This document shows, in pieces, positions 51,067 to 61,932 of a DNA stretch of 64,000 nucleotides. A model generated the notes under the pieces. The model had not been told where the DNA came from and searched no databases. It saw nothing but the letters and a program-made list of their open reading frames with translations. The translations under genes and the position numbers were made by a program. Origin of the DNA: Azolla caroliniana (Eukaryota; Plantae; Polypodiophyta); contig JBHGNT010000011.1 of assembly GCA_043228905.1 (NCBI GenBank), positions 16,120,001-16,184,000 of the forward strand, given 5' to 3'. Position 1 is the stretch's first letter. Each line of letters begins with the position of its first letter.

Positions 51067-51520
51067 ATTGTTTGGAAGAAGACAAGGTTTGGTCTACTGT
51101 ATCTTCTTTAGTAGCTTGGATATTATGGAAGGCAAGATGTAAGTGTGTATTTCAAATTGTCAAATCAAATGCGGTGAGTTAGTCAAGGAGATATGGTTGA
51201 TGCTCCTGCATACTCTAAGAGGTCAATATGAGGCAATACATGGTGAGCCTGATGTTGTGTTTCACAAGCAACAACAATTTCGAGAAATTTGGAAAAAGGC
51301 AAAGGTCTTCGCCTATTTTGGGGACAGAATAAAATGGAGATATGTTCCACCAAGATGGCTTTTTCCGCCCCCCATCTTGAAAAAACCATGCATGAGGGTT
51401 TCCTCTACTAGACATGTTGATTCATGTGGGTAGGAGGGTTGTAATATATTGTATGGATACTTTGTAGCCTTTGGGCATCTTTTCATTAATACCACGGTGA
51501 ATCTTGACTTTAAAAAAAAG
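51067..51520 (+). mobile_element. Short 5'-truncated LINE 3' end
   Basis: Peptides VAWILWKARCKCVF and EIWLMLLHTLRGQY...KWRYVPPRWLFP, homologous to the neighbouring LINE C-termini. A-tract near 51511-51519. It interrupts sequence homologous to ~44230-44320. Confidence 0.75.
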
Positions 51521-52761
51521 AGAATCCTTTTCATCTATCTGGTCTAATCTTGTGTATCCACAATTTGTCGCTCTCCCTACCTTGCCCTTTTGGATTAACA
51601 TAAATTTCATTTGAAAAACATGTATTTAGGAAAATCATAGCTCTAAACCTTTGAAAAGTTCAATACCATTTTAAAAAGGGCATTGAGGAAAATCGCGACT
51701 CTGGACCTTTGAAAATTTGTGCACAACGTCTTTTTCAAGGTTAACATCCTTACTTTCAATGATATGGAGGCGTGATAAAAAACAATATTAATGTGACACT
51801 AAACATCGGGTTTTATATTGCAACGTTTTGCATCACATTCTAATCTTAAATGGGTGATACTTAGCATCACCAATCTATTACGAGTATTTAGCGTCGTGTT
51901 CTTCAATGTTAATGATCCCATGTGTTGTAATGATTAAGTATATGTGGGCAAATATTTATGTGTTCCTTTCTATTGCACAAGGAATAATTATGCAATGCAA
52001 CCCATGATGACCATATACTTATAAATTTATAATATTTGTCTGGTCATCACACATATTATACGAATGCATGGCAATAAAAGACATGTGATTTAGACCTTCT
52101 AAGTAACATTTTGAGATATAAAGAAAAATGATTTTAATTCATCTTTGTGATTGAGTAACGTATTTGTTAATTGCTCAAAATGCTTCATGTATGCACAAGG
52201 ATATTCCTAAAACACAATAAAAAACCTATGGAGAACGTGACCTTGAATGCAAAGGATATTTACTCGGTCGCAATGAATTTGTGTCAAACAAACACTTTTC
52301 CACGTCTAAGATTTGCAACAAGAGACAAGACACCTCAGAGTTGTTAGTATGACAAACAACAAGCAAGATTGGCGCCTCTCTCCAAAAATGATATGTCGTT
52401 CTTTTGTTGCCTTTATCCATCTTATTATATTGCACTCTATTATGTGTGTGTGTGAGAGAGAGTGAACACGCACATGTTGACCATGACCTATATGTAGCAT
52501 GGATCCTCTTCTCTACCTTCAAAACTTTTTTGCAAACATGAATATCACAATCTCCCATTCTAAAAAGCGTATTGAAAAAAACCACAAATCAAGAACTTTG
52601 AAAATTTGCGGTCTCGGCATCATTTTAAGATTATATTTCTTGCATTATCCTGGCATTATATGCATATATTCAAATAAATGAAGGCATGATATTTCAAGCC
52701 ACAATGTAATTAGTCGCAAGAAGAAGGCATTTAGAATTAGGATACTCCGGGGTTCTCTGCC

Positions 52762-52769
52762 TATATAAA
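52762..52769 (+). promoter_or_regulatory. Probable TATA box of EG45-like copy 2
   Basis: CCTATATAAAG about 125 bp upstream of the ATG. Confidence 0.6.
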
Positions 52770-52889
52770 GGCGAACCATTAAAGACATATAGCACATCAT
52801 ATTTATAGCAATAACTAGTCCAACAGATTGATTGCACAGTTGTTACACATTACATCATTAACCACATCAACTAGCATCAATTATATAGA

Positions 52890-53463
52890 ATGGCAGCCAG
52901 TCAAGCAACAAGTGTTATGTTAGCCATGTTATTGGCAACAATATGTCTAGCACGGAGTTGCGAGGGAGCCACAGGCCGGGCGACCTACTACACCGCCCCT
53001 TACGTCCGTAAGTTTAGTTTATTAGTAGATAAATCGATATCTGTAGTAAGTTTATGTTTTATAGATAAATGGCTATCTTTCGTAAAGTAAACTTTGTAGA
53101 TAAATCGATATCTTTGTCTAAGTTATACATGTACCTACATATACATTCAGTTGATGTTGATTTCAATGGAATTGGTTACATATAGCATCGGCATGCTACG
53201 GCTACGACACTAGCAACTTCTTGCCAAACAATTTCATTGTCGCTGCAAATAGTGGACTCTATAATGGTGGTGCCGCATGCGGACAGACATGCCAAGTTTC
53301 GTGTTACGGCGCGGGATGCACGAGTAGCCAAACCATCAGCGTGCGCCTCGTAGACCTCTGCCCGGGCTGTGCTAGCGATCAAATCGACCTCTCCCAAGAG
53401 GCCTTCTCCTCCATTGCCAACACTGACCAGGGTGTCATCACCATTAACTACTCATGCAGCTAA
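52890..53463 (+). CDS. EG45-like domain protein / plant natriuretic peptide-like, secreted; copy 2
   Basis: Exons 52890-53007 and 53186-53463, same intron position as copy 1. Peptide GRATYYTAPYVPSACYG...YNGGAACG...VDLCPGC...IDLSQEAFSSIA. Confidence 0.93.
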
Positions 53464-54099
53464 ATTAAATCCCAGCTTCACATCACACCTTTGGCATGTA
53501 ATAATAACACCCACCCCCCTCACACATCTTATGTGAGTGGGTATATGAGGAGCAATACATCATTGCCCCTAGTTTCTTATTGAATAAAGTCAAGCTTCAT
53601 CCTTTTATATTGTTTTGACATGAATGTGGGTGATGATTGCACGCGAGTTTTTTTGTGAATTAAACTATCTCCTAGCGCCATTAGTTGTTTCTCTTCATTC
53701 CTTTTGAGGGCCTAGGATAACGTCTAATATATCATTTCACTTCACTAGTGTCATCCCCCAATAGAACTATTTATTCATCATCTAAAGGGTCCTCGGGTAA
53801 TAAGATAAAATGAGGCAAATCATGATCTACAACATAACGTTAGTCAAAAATACATAATTGATTGTTTGATTCGAAAATCTCGACATTCATTGTTTGCTAA
53901 AGCTCACTGTGTAATGTGGTCACATTCGACGCAAATTACCATGCATATATCTTCAGTGCTATACATCTAGTTACATATGCCTATCTACAGACATAAAGTA
54001 CATTGAGTTTCTCAGTCACATCAAGTGTTAGTGTGATTCATGTGTAGGCTGAAATTATTCCAAGTTTTCGATTATGTATTTAGTAAAGCCATAGCCACT

Positions 54100-54157
54100 T
54101 ATATATATATATATAGATAGATAGATAGTTAGGTAGATAGATAGATAGATAGATAGA
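54100..54157. repeat. (TA)n/(TAGA)n compound microsatellite
   Basis: Read directly from the sequence. Confidence 0.85.
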
Positions 54158-55164
54158 CATATTCATTGAAGTCAACTAAGATCCCCTAGTATGGTCCTAA
54201 TGTAGCTATAAATGGATTTCTGATTCTACCATTTCTCATGCATTTTTATATATTGCTCATGATACAAGAGTAATACCTTTTGATATATGTAGTAAGGATA
54301 GCTTAAGTTAGCACAACGTGTAGTTGTCCTACTTAATTTATTCAGGGCAATATCTTGAACTCTGTTCAAATTGTCATCATTATTCGTTTTTAATGTAGAG
54401 GTCAGCTCTTTGTCATTTCAAAATTAATGATGAACATGTCTACGTCATCCAATTGACACTCTCTAATTGAATGCACATTAATCTTCTTTCTTCCATCAAG
54501 AAATCTAGTCATCTGAATCATCTCCATGTTACAAAGGATGAAGCACCGTATGTCTCACAACATAGATACAGTAGGGGAGGGTTAAATCCCATGTTATATC
54601 GAATTTGTGTATAGATGTTCTAAGAATTCAATTACTAGCTGCAATCATGTATGCTAAAACATGGCTTGCCACCAAAACCGCTGATAGTCATGGGATTGAC
54701 AATGGTTATAGTATTATTTGTGGTGGATTTTTGGCCAGAGATGAATGGAATGCTGGACTTTCATAGCACCGTCAACTGTGATTACTCCACAAAGGTACAT
54801 GAATTTGGATCAAAGAACTTAAAGATTCGGACCAAACTCAATGGAAAATGTCCCAATATATCTCCATGCATCCTGAACTGTTCCAAGTAATCAAGAAAAT
54901 TTGATTATGTAACTTATAAAGTAGAATTATAATGCTGTCCGATCAGGATAGTGATAACCCTTATCCAATTGTAGTTTACCTTCTATGAAAACGGAGGAAC
55001 AAAAGAGTCAACTTGCATTATCGACTTATCGTCAGATGTCAGATTCCTTAAGTATAGATTAAGATATGGTTACAATACAAAAGACACTTTAATTCCTGAG
55101 AAACTTAAAGAATAAGAATCTCTTAGTATATTATATTCACAAACCCATATCAACCACTTACCCT

Positions 55165-58100
55165 TGTTGGGTATGTGAGGAAGAGTGGGAAACACACAAG
55201 AAGCTCAAAGAAAGAAGCACTCACACAAGGAAGGCAATGGCTGGAATAGCTCTCTATTGATGAATGTTCCTAAAAAAAATAGGAGCTGAAATATATATCC
55301 CTAAGTACTAAGTACCACCACATATGAGTGATTCATGTATGTGGTAACATGGGGAAAAAACCTCTAGCCAGCACTAGAGTAAAAAGTGCCCATGTATAGG
55401 GAAAATGGTTCACATCAAAGCTACTAGAGGAACACGCAAGTGTAACAAACCCCCCTAGAGCGAATGATGTGAACATGTACAAGGAGTGACAGATCAGCCC
55501 CCACAAGGCAATAAGCCTAAAGCTTTGCGAAAAGCTTCAAACTTTTCTCGTGGAAGAGCTTTGGTGAATATGTCTGCCACGTTATCTTGTGTAGGCACAT
55601 ATACCAAATCAATATCTCCTGCATGAAAGCGCTCTCTCACATAGTGATAATGCACCTCAATGTGTTTGGTCCGTGCATGAAATACAGGATTTCGTGCAAC
55701 AGCCAATGCACTCTGACTATCTGTGAGAATACGTGTAGCAACTTCAATCTCCATGCAAAGATCCATCAAAAGGCGTCTTAGCCATATACACTCCACTGTA
55801 GCTGTGAAAACTGCCCTGTACTCAGCTTCACAACTTGATGTCGCCACTGTAGGTTGCTTTTTACTCAACCAAGATATACATGAGTTTCCAAAGAAAAAGC
55901 AATTACCACTAGTGGACACGCGAGTATCATAACAACCAGCCCAATCACTATCTGTAAAAGCATGCAAGCATGGCTGAGTATCTCTGCCATAAAAGAGACC
56001 CAAGCTCAAAGTGCCTCTAAGATATCTGAACACACGTTTCACTGCTTGCCAATGCTTAGTGCCAGGGCTATGCATGAATCGACTCAATTGGGAGACTGCA
56101 TACTGTATATCCGGCCTTGTATTGCATGCATATATAAGACATCCCACAGCTTGTTGATAAAGAGAAGTATCAAATGCATCACTAGAATCCTCAACAGAGA
56201 ACCTAAATCCTGTCTCCACAGGTGTATAAACCGGCTTGCAATCCTCAAAGTCAAAACGCTGAAGTAGTTTTTCAACATACTTTCCTTGATGCATAAACAT
56301 TCCCCCCTCAACGGATACAAACTGGATGCCAAGATAGTAGCTCAAAAGACCAAGATAAGTGACTTCAAAAGTATGCTGCAAATCAGCCATAAGAAAATCG
56401 AGTTTTGCATCACATGACCCAGTCAAGAGTATGTCATCAACATAAAGAACGAGCACTAGAAGATCAGCCCCATCTTTGCGTACATAAAGTGTGCTTTCAA
56501 TCGGACTACATGTGAAGCCAAGAGAAATCAAGTGCTTATGGATTTTTTCATACCATGCACGCGGAGCTTGCTTGAGACCATACAAGGCCTTATGCAAGCG
56601 ACAAACCATATGCTCTTTCTCTTTCGTAGCAAATCCAGGAGGTTGCTTCACATAAACCTCTTCTTGCAAATCACCATTTAAAAAGGCTGTTTTTATGTCC
56701 AATTGATGCATTTTCCAACCTCTTTGGGCAGCCAATGCAACCACGGTACGAATGGTAGTCATGCGTGAAGTAGGTGCAAAAGTTTCCTCATAATCAATGC
56801 CATATTGTTGGGCATATCCTTTGGCAACCAATCTAGCTTTGTAGCGATCAATACTACCATCGAGCTTTCGTTTAATCTTGTAAACCCACCTAGTACCAAT
56901 CACATTCTTTCCTTTTGGCAATTCACATAACTCCCAAGTACCATTTTTATGAATGGAATCCATTTCTGATTGCATAGCACTCATCCAATGTGGATCATCA
57001 CATGCATCTTCAAAAGTAAGTGGCTCCTCATTACATGCTATTGCAACAATAGAATAATCCACAAAATTACCTGATGCATGGCGAGAGCTTGATCTTGTTT
57101 TACCAAGTAAAGGTGCACTCAATTTGCTATCTTGCAAAGTTTGTTTTAGCCACCTCGGCATAGTTTGTGACCTCTCGATAGCCATACGTTCATTATGTAA
57201 TACATCTTCAATATGTACATCATGCGTGGGCTGAATTTCATGCTCATTTTCAGCCACATTTGGTTGGACATTTCGTGCATTTTCAACACTTATTTGCTGG
57301 AAATTTTTATCCCTTTGAGACTCACTTGGCTGGTCTACATGTCCATGGTCAAGCGCAGCACTTTGGAACAAAGGCATGAGTGTATCAAACACATCTTGTG
57401 AGCTAACTGTTGGTTGTTTTTTGCATTCAAGAAAAGGGAAAGCTGAATTTTCAGCAAATACAACATCTCGACTCACAATAATTGTGTCCGTCAATGGATG
57501 ATACAAACGATATCCCTTACTTTCCGCACTATAACCAACAAATATGCATTTCTTTGCCTTGTCATCAAGTTTGTGACGTTGTTGTGATGGCACAAGAGCA
57601 TATGCCAAACAACCGAACACACGCATATGACTAACCATAGGTTTATGTCCATTCCAAGCCTCATATGGCGTAATGACTCTCAACGCTTTTGTAGGGCAAC
57701 GATTCAACACATAATTTGCACACATAACCGCTTCCATCCAAAACTTGTTAGGAAGATGCTTTCCTTTAACCATACATCGTGCCATCTCTAAGAGTGTTCT
57801 ATTTTTGCGTTCTGCAACACCATTTTGTTGAGGTGTATATGGCACCGTACATTGATGTAAAATACCTCTTTCACAAAGAAAAGCATTAAACTCATGTGAC
57901 ATATATTCGCCACCACGATCCGTGCGTAGAGTCAAGAGCTTATTTGCGGAAAAAATTTCAGCCATAGCTAAAAATGATTTGAAGCAAGAAAAGACTTCAT
58001 TCTTTGCTTTCATAGGATACACCCATGTATGACGAGTAGCATCATCAATGAAGGTAACAAAATATACATGCTTTCCAAAAGATGGAGTCTTTACAGGACC

Positions 58101-60334
58101 ACACACATCACTATGAACAAGTTGTAATTTTCTTGTAGTGTGTGTATGACTATCTTTTGGAAAAGAAGCACGATGCATTTTTCCAAGAATGCAACCTTCA
58201 CATGCATGTTTTTCAATGGACTCAAGTGTAGGCAACCCAATAACCATATCCTTCTTTTGCAAGTGAAGCAAACTATTGAAGTTCAAGTGACCAAAACGAG
58301 CATGCCAAAGCTCCATTTCAGCCATGGAAGAAGTATGTACGGCCAAGGCATTTAGAGAAGCCCTCTTGTATGTATCTAAACGGTACAAGCCATTGCATAA
58401 TGTACCGGACATCACGATAACATCACCATTGCTATAATCGTGAACCATGCACTTATCATCAACAAAATGTACATGAAGTCCGGCTTTGGCAATCAAAGGA
58501 ACCGAAATTAAGTTCTTCTTGATACCGGGCACATACAATACATTCTTTAAGATGACAACACCTCCATTTGCAGCCGAAAGCTCAATTTCTCCTACTCCAA
58601 TGATAGGATAAGAGGCATTGTTTGCACACACCACATGTCCACCTTTGGGTGCATCTTTCAAGGATGCAAAAAAACTTTTGCATGAAGTAATGTGCTTTGA
58701 AGCACCACTATCAAAGAACCAATCCGAATCAATCTCACTTACAACCATACATTTAGAGTGCAATGATGCATCATAATGATATGTAACAACACATGCCCAA
58801 TAATCTTGAGCCATGTTGGCCTCATCACTCTTTGCACTTGAAACATTTTCAGAAATGGTCATGCCGGATTCCTTCTTCTTCTCATTGCGCTTAACAAGCT
58901 TTCTACATTCTTCAATCGTATGGCCAACCTTTCGACAATATTTGCATCTTTTCTTCTTTTGCAAATCACCATCATTAGAGGAATAAGTGAAAGAGGGAGG
59001 TTGAGGCTTTGGTTTTGAAGAACCAAAAGCTGAACCATGCTTGCCTTTTCCTTTTTGTGAGATAGCAAGTGCTTGTGTTCCCTCTATCAAACCACTTCTA
59101 TTCACTCTAGATTGTTCTTCTTGCAAAAGAAGAGACACAACCTCATCAAATGCGTACATATCCGTATTCCCTTTTGCAACCAAACGAATAGTAGTAGCAA
59201 AGCTTTGAAAAGATTCGGGTAATCCTTTCAACAACGTAGAGACAAGTGATGTATTCGAAATGATCTCATCAATGTTTGCCAATTGCTCTTTCAAATCTTT
59301 AATGCGTGTCACATACACATCTATCGACTCATTTTCAGCCATATATACATCCTCAAGTTGCTTTCTCAAATATGCAACACGTGCTTCGTTACGCACGGCA
59401 TACAACGAAGCAAGAGTGTCCCATGCTTGTTTGGATGTAGAGCATGACCGAATATGTGGAACTATATGACGCTTCACAGAAAGTGCAATCAATGCATGAG
59501 CTTGAGCATCTTTTCCATCCCATCTAAGTTGCTCTTGTGTTGGTGGAGTAGATGAAGTCACTGTGCTCGAAGATGAACCTGTATCTGTGATAGTAGACTG
59601 TGAAGTAGTAGGACCGACGGGGCGTCGATCTACATCTACCACTATGTTCCATAGTTGTTTGGCAACAAGAACGTGTTTCATCATGTAGGACCACATTGGA
59701 TAGTTTGTCCCATCAAGCTTATCTTCAGCTTGAAGCATGCCAAACAAATCACCATTGTTTGCCATTTTACCAAAGAACAAGAAAGTGGTAAAATATTACC
59801 TCAACGAATCGGAAATGAGTGCTGAAAATGCAGCTCACAAACTATCACTGGGATGACGATTTCGACTACACGAACGGCTTCGAAATGGGGGTAAAACAGC
59901 AGGGTACCTGCTGAAAATGCGCTCCAAGTGCTGAAATACACTTCTCTATATTCGGAAGTTGATTTGCACAATGAAAAGTGCGCGCGCGCCGCGACACCGC
60001 GATGCGGACAACCGAAGATGGAGAGGATGAAGAACTTGGCTCTGATACCACTGTTGGGTATGTGAGGAAGAGTGGGAAACACACAAGAAGCTCAAAGAAA
60101 GAAGCACTCACACAAGGAAGGCAATGGCTGGAATAGCTCTCTATTGATGAATGTTCCTAAAAAAAATAGGAGCTGAAATATATATCCCTAAGTACTAAGT
60201 ACCACCACATATGAGTGACTCATGTATGTGGTAACATGGGGAAAAAACCTCTAGCCAGCACTAGAGTAAAAAGTGCCCATGTATAGGGAAAATGGTTCAC
60301 ATCAAAGCTACTAGAGGAACACGCAAGTGTAACA
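55165..60334 (-). mobile_element. Intact Ty1/Copia LTR retrotransposon
   Basis: 283-bp LTRs (55165-55447, 60052-60334) with one mismatch seen. 5-bp TSD ACCCT. PBS TGGTATCAGAGCC (tRNA-iMet) at 60050-60038, PPT AGGGGGG. Confidence 0.98.
55494..59765 (-). CDS. Copia gag-pol polyprotein (uninterrupted)
   Basis: Single ORF, likely starting at ATG 59765 (MANNGD). Contains CKYCRKVGHTIEEC, WFFDSGAS, WHARFGH..CEGC, HSDVCGP/RTDRGGEY, YVDD and DSDWAG/ADIFTKAL, in Copia order PR-INT-RT-RH. Confidence 0.96.
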   Translation of the reverse strand: MANNGDLFGMLQAEDKLDGTNYPMWSYMMKHVLVAKQLWNIVVDVDRRPVGPTTSQSTITDTGSSSSTVTSSTPPTQEQLRWDGKDAQAHALIALSVKRHIVPHIRSCSTSKQAWDTLASLYAVRNEARVAYLRKQLEDVYMAENESIDVYVTRIKDLKEQLANIDEIISNTSLVSTLLKGLPESFQSFATTIRLVAKGNTDMYAFDEVVSLLLQEEQSRVNRSGLIEGTQALAISQKGKGKHGSAFGSSKPKPQPPSFTYSSNDGDLQKKKRCKYCRKVGHTIEECRKLVKRNEKKKESGMTISENVSSAKSDEANMAQDYWACVVTYHYDASLHSKCMVVSEIDSDWFFDSGASKHITSCKSFFASLKDAPKGGHVVCANNASYPIIGVGEIELSAANGGVVILKNVLYVPGIKKNLISVPLIAKAGLHVHFVDDKCMVHDYSNGDVIVMSGTLCNGLYRLDTYKRASLNALAVHTSSMAEMELWHARFGHLNFNSLLHLQKKDMVIGLPTLESIEKHACEGCILGKMHRASFPKDSHTHTTRKLQLVHSDVCGPVKTPSFGKHVYFVTFIDDATRHTWVYPMKAKNEVFSCFKSFLAMAEIFSANKLLTLRTDRGGEYMSHEFNAFLCERGILHQCTVPYTPQQNGVAERKNRTLLEMARCMVKGKHLPNKFWMEAVMCANYVLNRCPTKALRVITPYEAWNGHKPMVSHMRVFGCLAYALVPSQQRHKLDDKAKKCIFVGYSAESKGYRLYHPLTDTIIVSRDVVFAENSAFPFLECKKQPTVSSQDVFDTLMPLFQSAALDHGHVDQPSESQRDKNFQQISVENARNVQPNVAENEHEIQPTHDVHIEDVLHNERMAIERSQTMPRWLKQTLQDSKLSAPLLGKTRSSSRHASGNFVDYSIVAIACNEEPLTFEDACDDPHWMSAMQSEMDSIHKNGTWELCELPKGKNVIGTRWVYKIKRKLDGSIDRYKARLVAKGYAQQYGIDYEETFAPTSRMTTIRTVVALAAQRGWKMHQLDIKTAFLNGDLQEEVYVKQPPGFATKEKEHMVCRLHKALYGLKQAPRAWYEKIHKHLISLGFTCSPIESTLYVRKDGADLLVLVLYVDDILLTGSCDAKLDFLMADLQHTFEVTYLGLLSYYLGIQFVSVEGGMFMHQGKYVEKLLQRFDFEDCKPVYTPVETGFRFSVEDSSDAFDTSLYQQAVGCLIYACNTRPDIQYAVSQLSRFMHSPGTKHWQAVKRVFRYLRGTLSLGLFYGRDTQPCLHAFTDSDWAGCYDTRVSTSGNCFFFGNSCISWLSKKQPTVATSSCEAEYRAVFTATVECIWLRRLLMDLCMEIEVATRILTDSQSALAVARNPVFHARTKHIEVHYHYVRERFHAGDIDLVYVPTQDNVADIFTKALPREKFEAFRKALGLLPCGG

Positions 60335-61932
60335 ACCCTCACCTTGGGCTATGGTAAGGACAACATCTAAACTCAATTTAATCAAATGGCTTGATTGGGT
60401 CTTACAACTATTCAGGATGTGGTTCATTCCCAAGGAAGTTGATGGCATTTCATAGAATTGGGCGAAGATATAATTGCTTGTTTATTCAGAGCCCATTACA
60501 AGGGGTGGAAGTAATTCCCCACTGTAATTCAGAGGTACCATAGGCAGATTGGCTATTTTCAGACTCAGCCTTTGTCAGAGACCAATACAAATGTCGGTTG
60601 ATTTCTTAGCAGTTTTGGATGCTTGACGAGGTGGCATTCCTATAGATTCCGCATTTCTAAGCACCTTTCGTTTCTATTGGACAAGAAACGTTTTGCTTCT
60701 GAAATTCAGTCACCAGGCATCAGAAGTGTTGGTGCAGAACAGCATTTTGCCTTCCTTTCTAAGTGAAAATTGTGTACTCAGAGTGAGAGTAATAGTAGCA
60801 AACCTATTCCTGCTGACTGAAGTGCAGAACCAAAACATTTCCAAAGGACCATGCAACTTTTCCATTAGGATCTAAGGATACAATTCATTGATTTCCCCCT
60901 TGTTTAGTTTCTCTACACATGGACATTTATTTCAGTTGAATGAACCACAATGAGAGGTGTAAATGTATCTCCATTTCGGCAGGTATTTGAACGAGCAATA
61001 GATTGATGGTTCCTCATCATTTCCATTCTATCTTTGAATTGCTTCAGTATTGGAGTTTATGGCATGATTGGGGGACTTGCAATGATCTTTTATGTTTAGC
61101 TTGGTATTAGTAATCATGTATGTTGGTTGATTGAAAGGCATCTTGTTATGATAATCTTTTCGCACACCTAAAGAAATGTCTGCTTCTTATTCGGCTATGC
61201 ACCACCTTAGTCTTTATGCCAAGCCTTGTGTGTCTTCGTGCTTTATAATAACATAACATATCCACAGAAAAAACAAGATGAATGCCTGCCCAGACAGGTG
61301 TAGCTCGATTTGCAGGGTTGTTCAGCTGAGACCTTAAGTTCATGTGTTTGTGCCTACATTCCGCAACAGAAACAAAACTGATGAGATTTGAACTTAAGTG
61401 CATGGGTTATCACAAAATGTAGCTTACATCTAGGTATGATACATATTTGGATAATAACTTAAGAGAGACCAACAGACAAACCTATGAATATGCTCACCAG
61501 TTGCTGTAGAAGAGCCAAAATGCACCATCTATCGAAGTATCTTGCCTGCGACCCAGATATTTAAGTTACTTTTAAGAAAAATGTTCTTCCCTTCTCACGT
61601 TCTAAATTAAAAATTGGGCAGCCCGAATGCAGATTTCCCAACACAGAATTTTCTTTCACTACTGTCACAAGCTTTGTAAAAGTGTTAATCGAAAACAGAA
61701 CATCAGCTGACCTCAATGACACATTTGAAAAAGTTGTCCATCTTGAATCATAGGGGAGGTGCCATATGCATTGTTTGGGCATATTTGTCCTGTAAAAAGA
61801 ACCACTGCGCTCTTACTTAAATCACTTCACATCAATATAATATAAATCAACTCCTGTAACATCTTGGATTCCATCTTGACCTCCTCAAAGAGACTGCTGA
61901 TTGATAATATAGATGTATATCAAACATCAATG

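Noticed and set aside
54630-54900. Short ORF or exon-like stretch
   Set aside because: No recognisable homology or consistent splice structure.
60400-61900. Hidden E2/DYW exon downstream of the second PPR gene
   Set aside because: No PG box, HxE or CxxCH motifs noticed in the ORF track or in the parts I translated by hand. Not exhaustively excluded.
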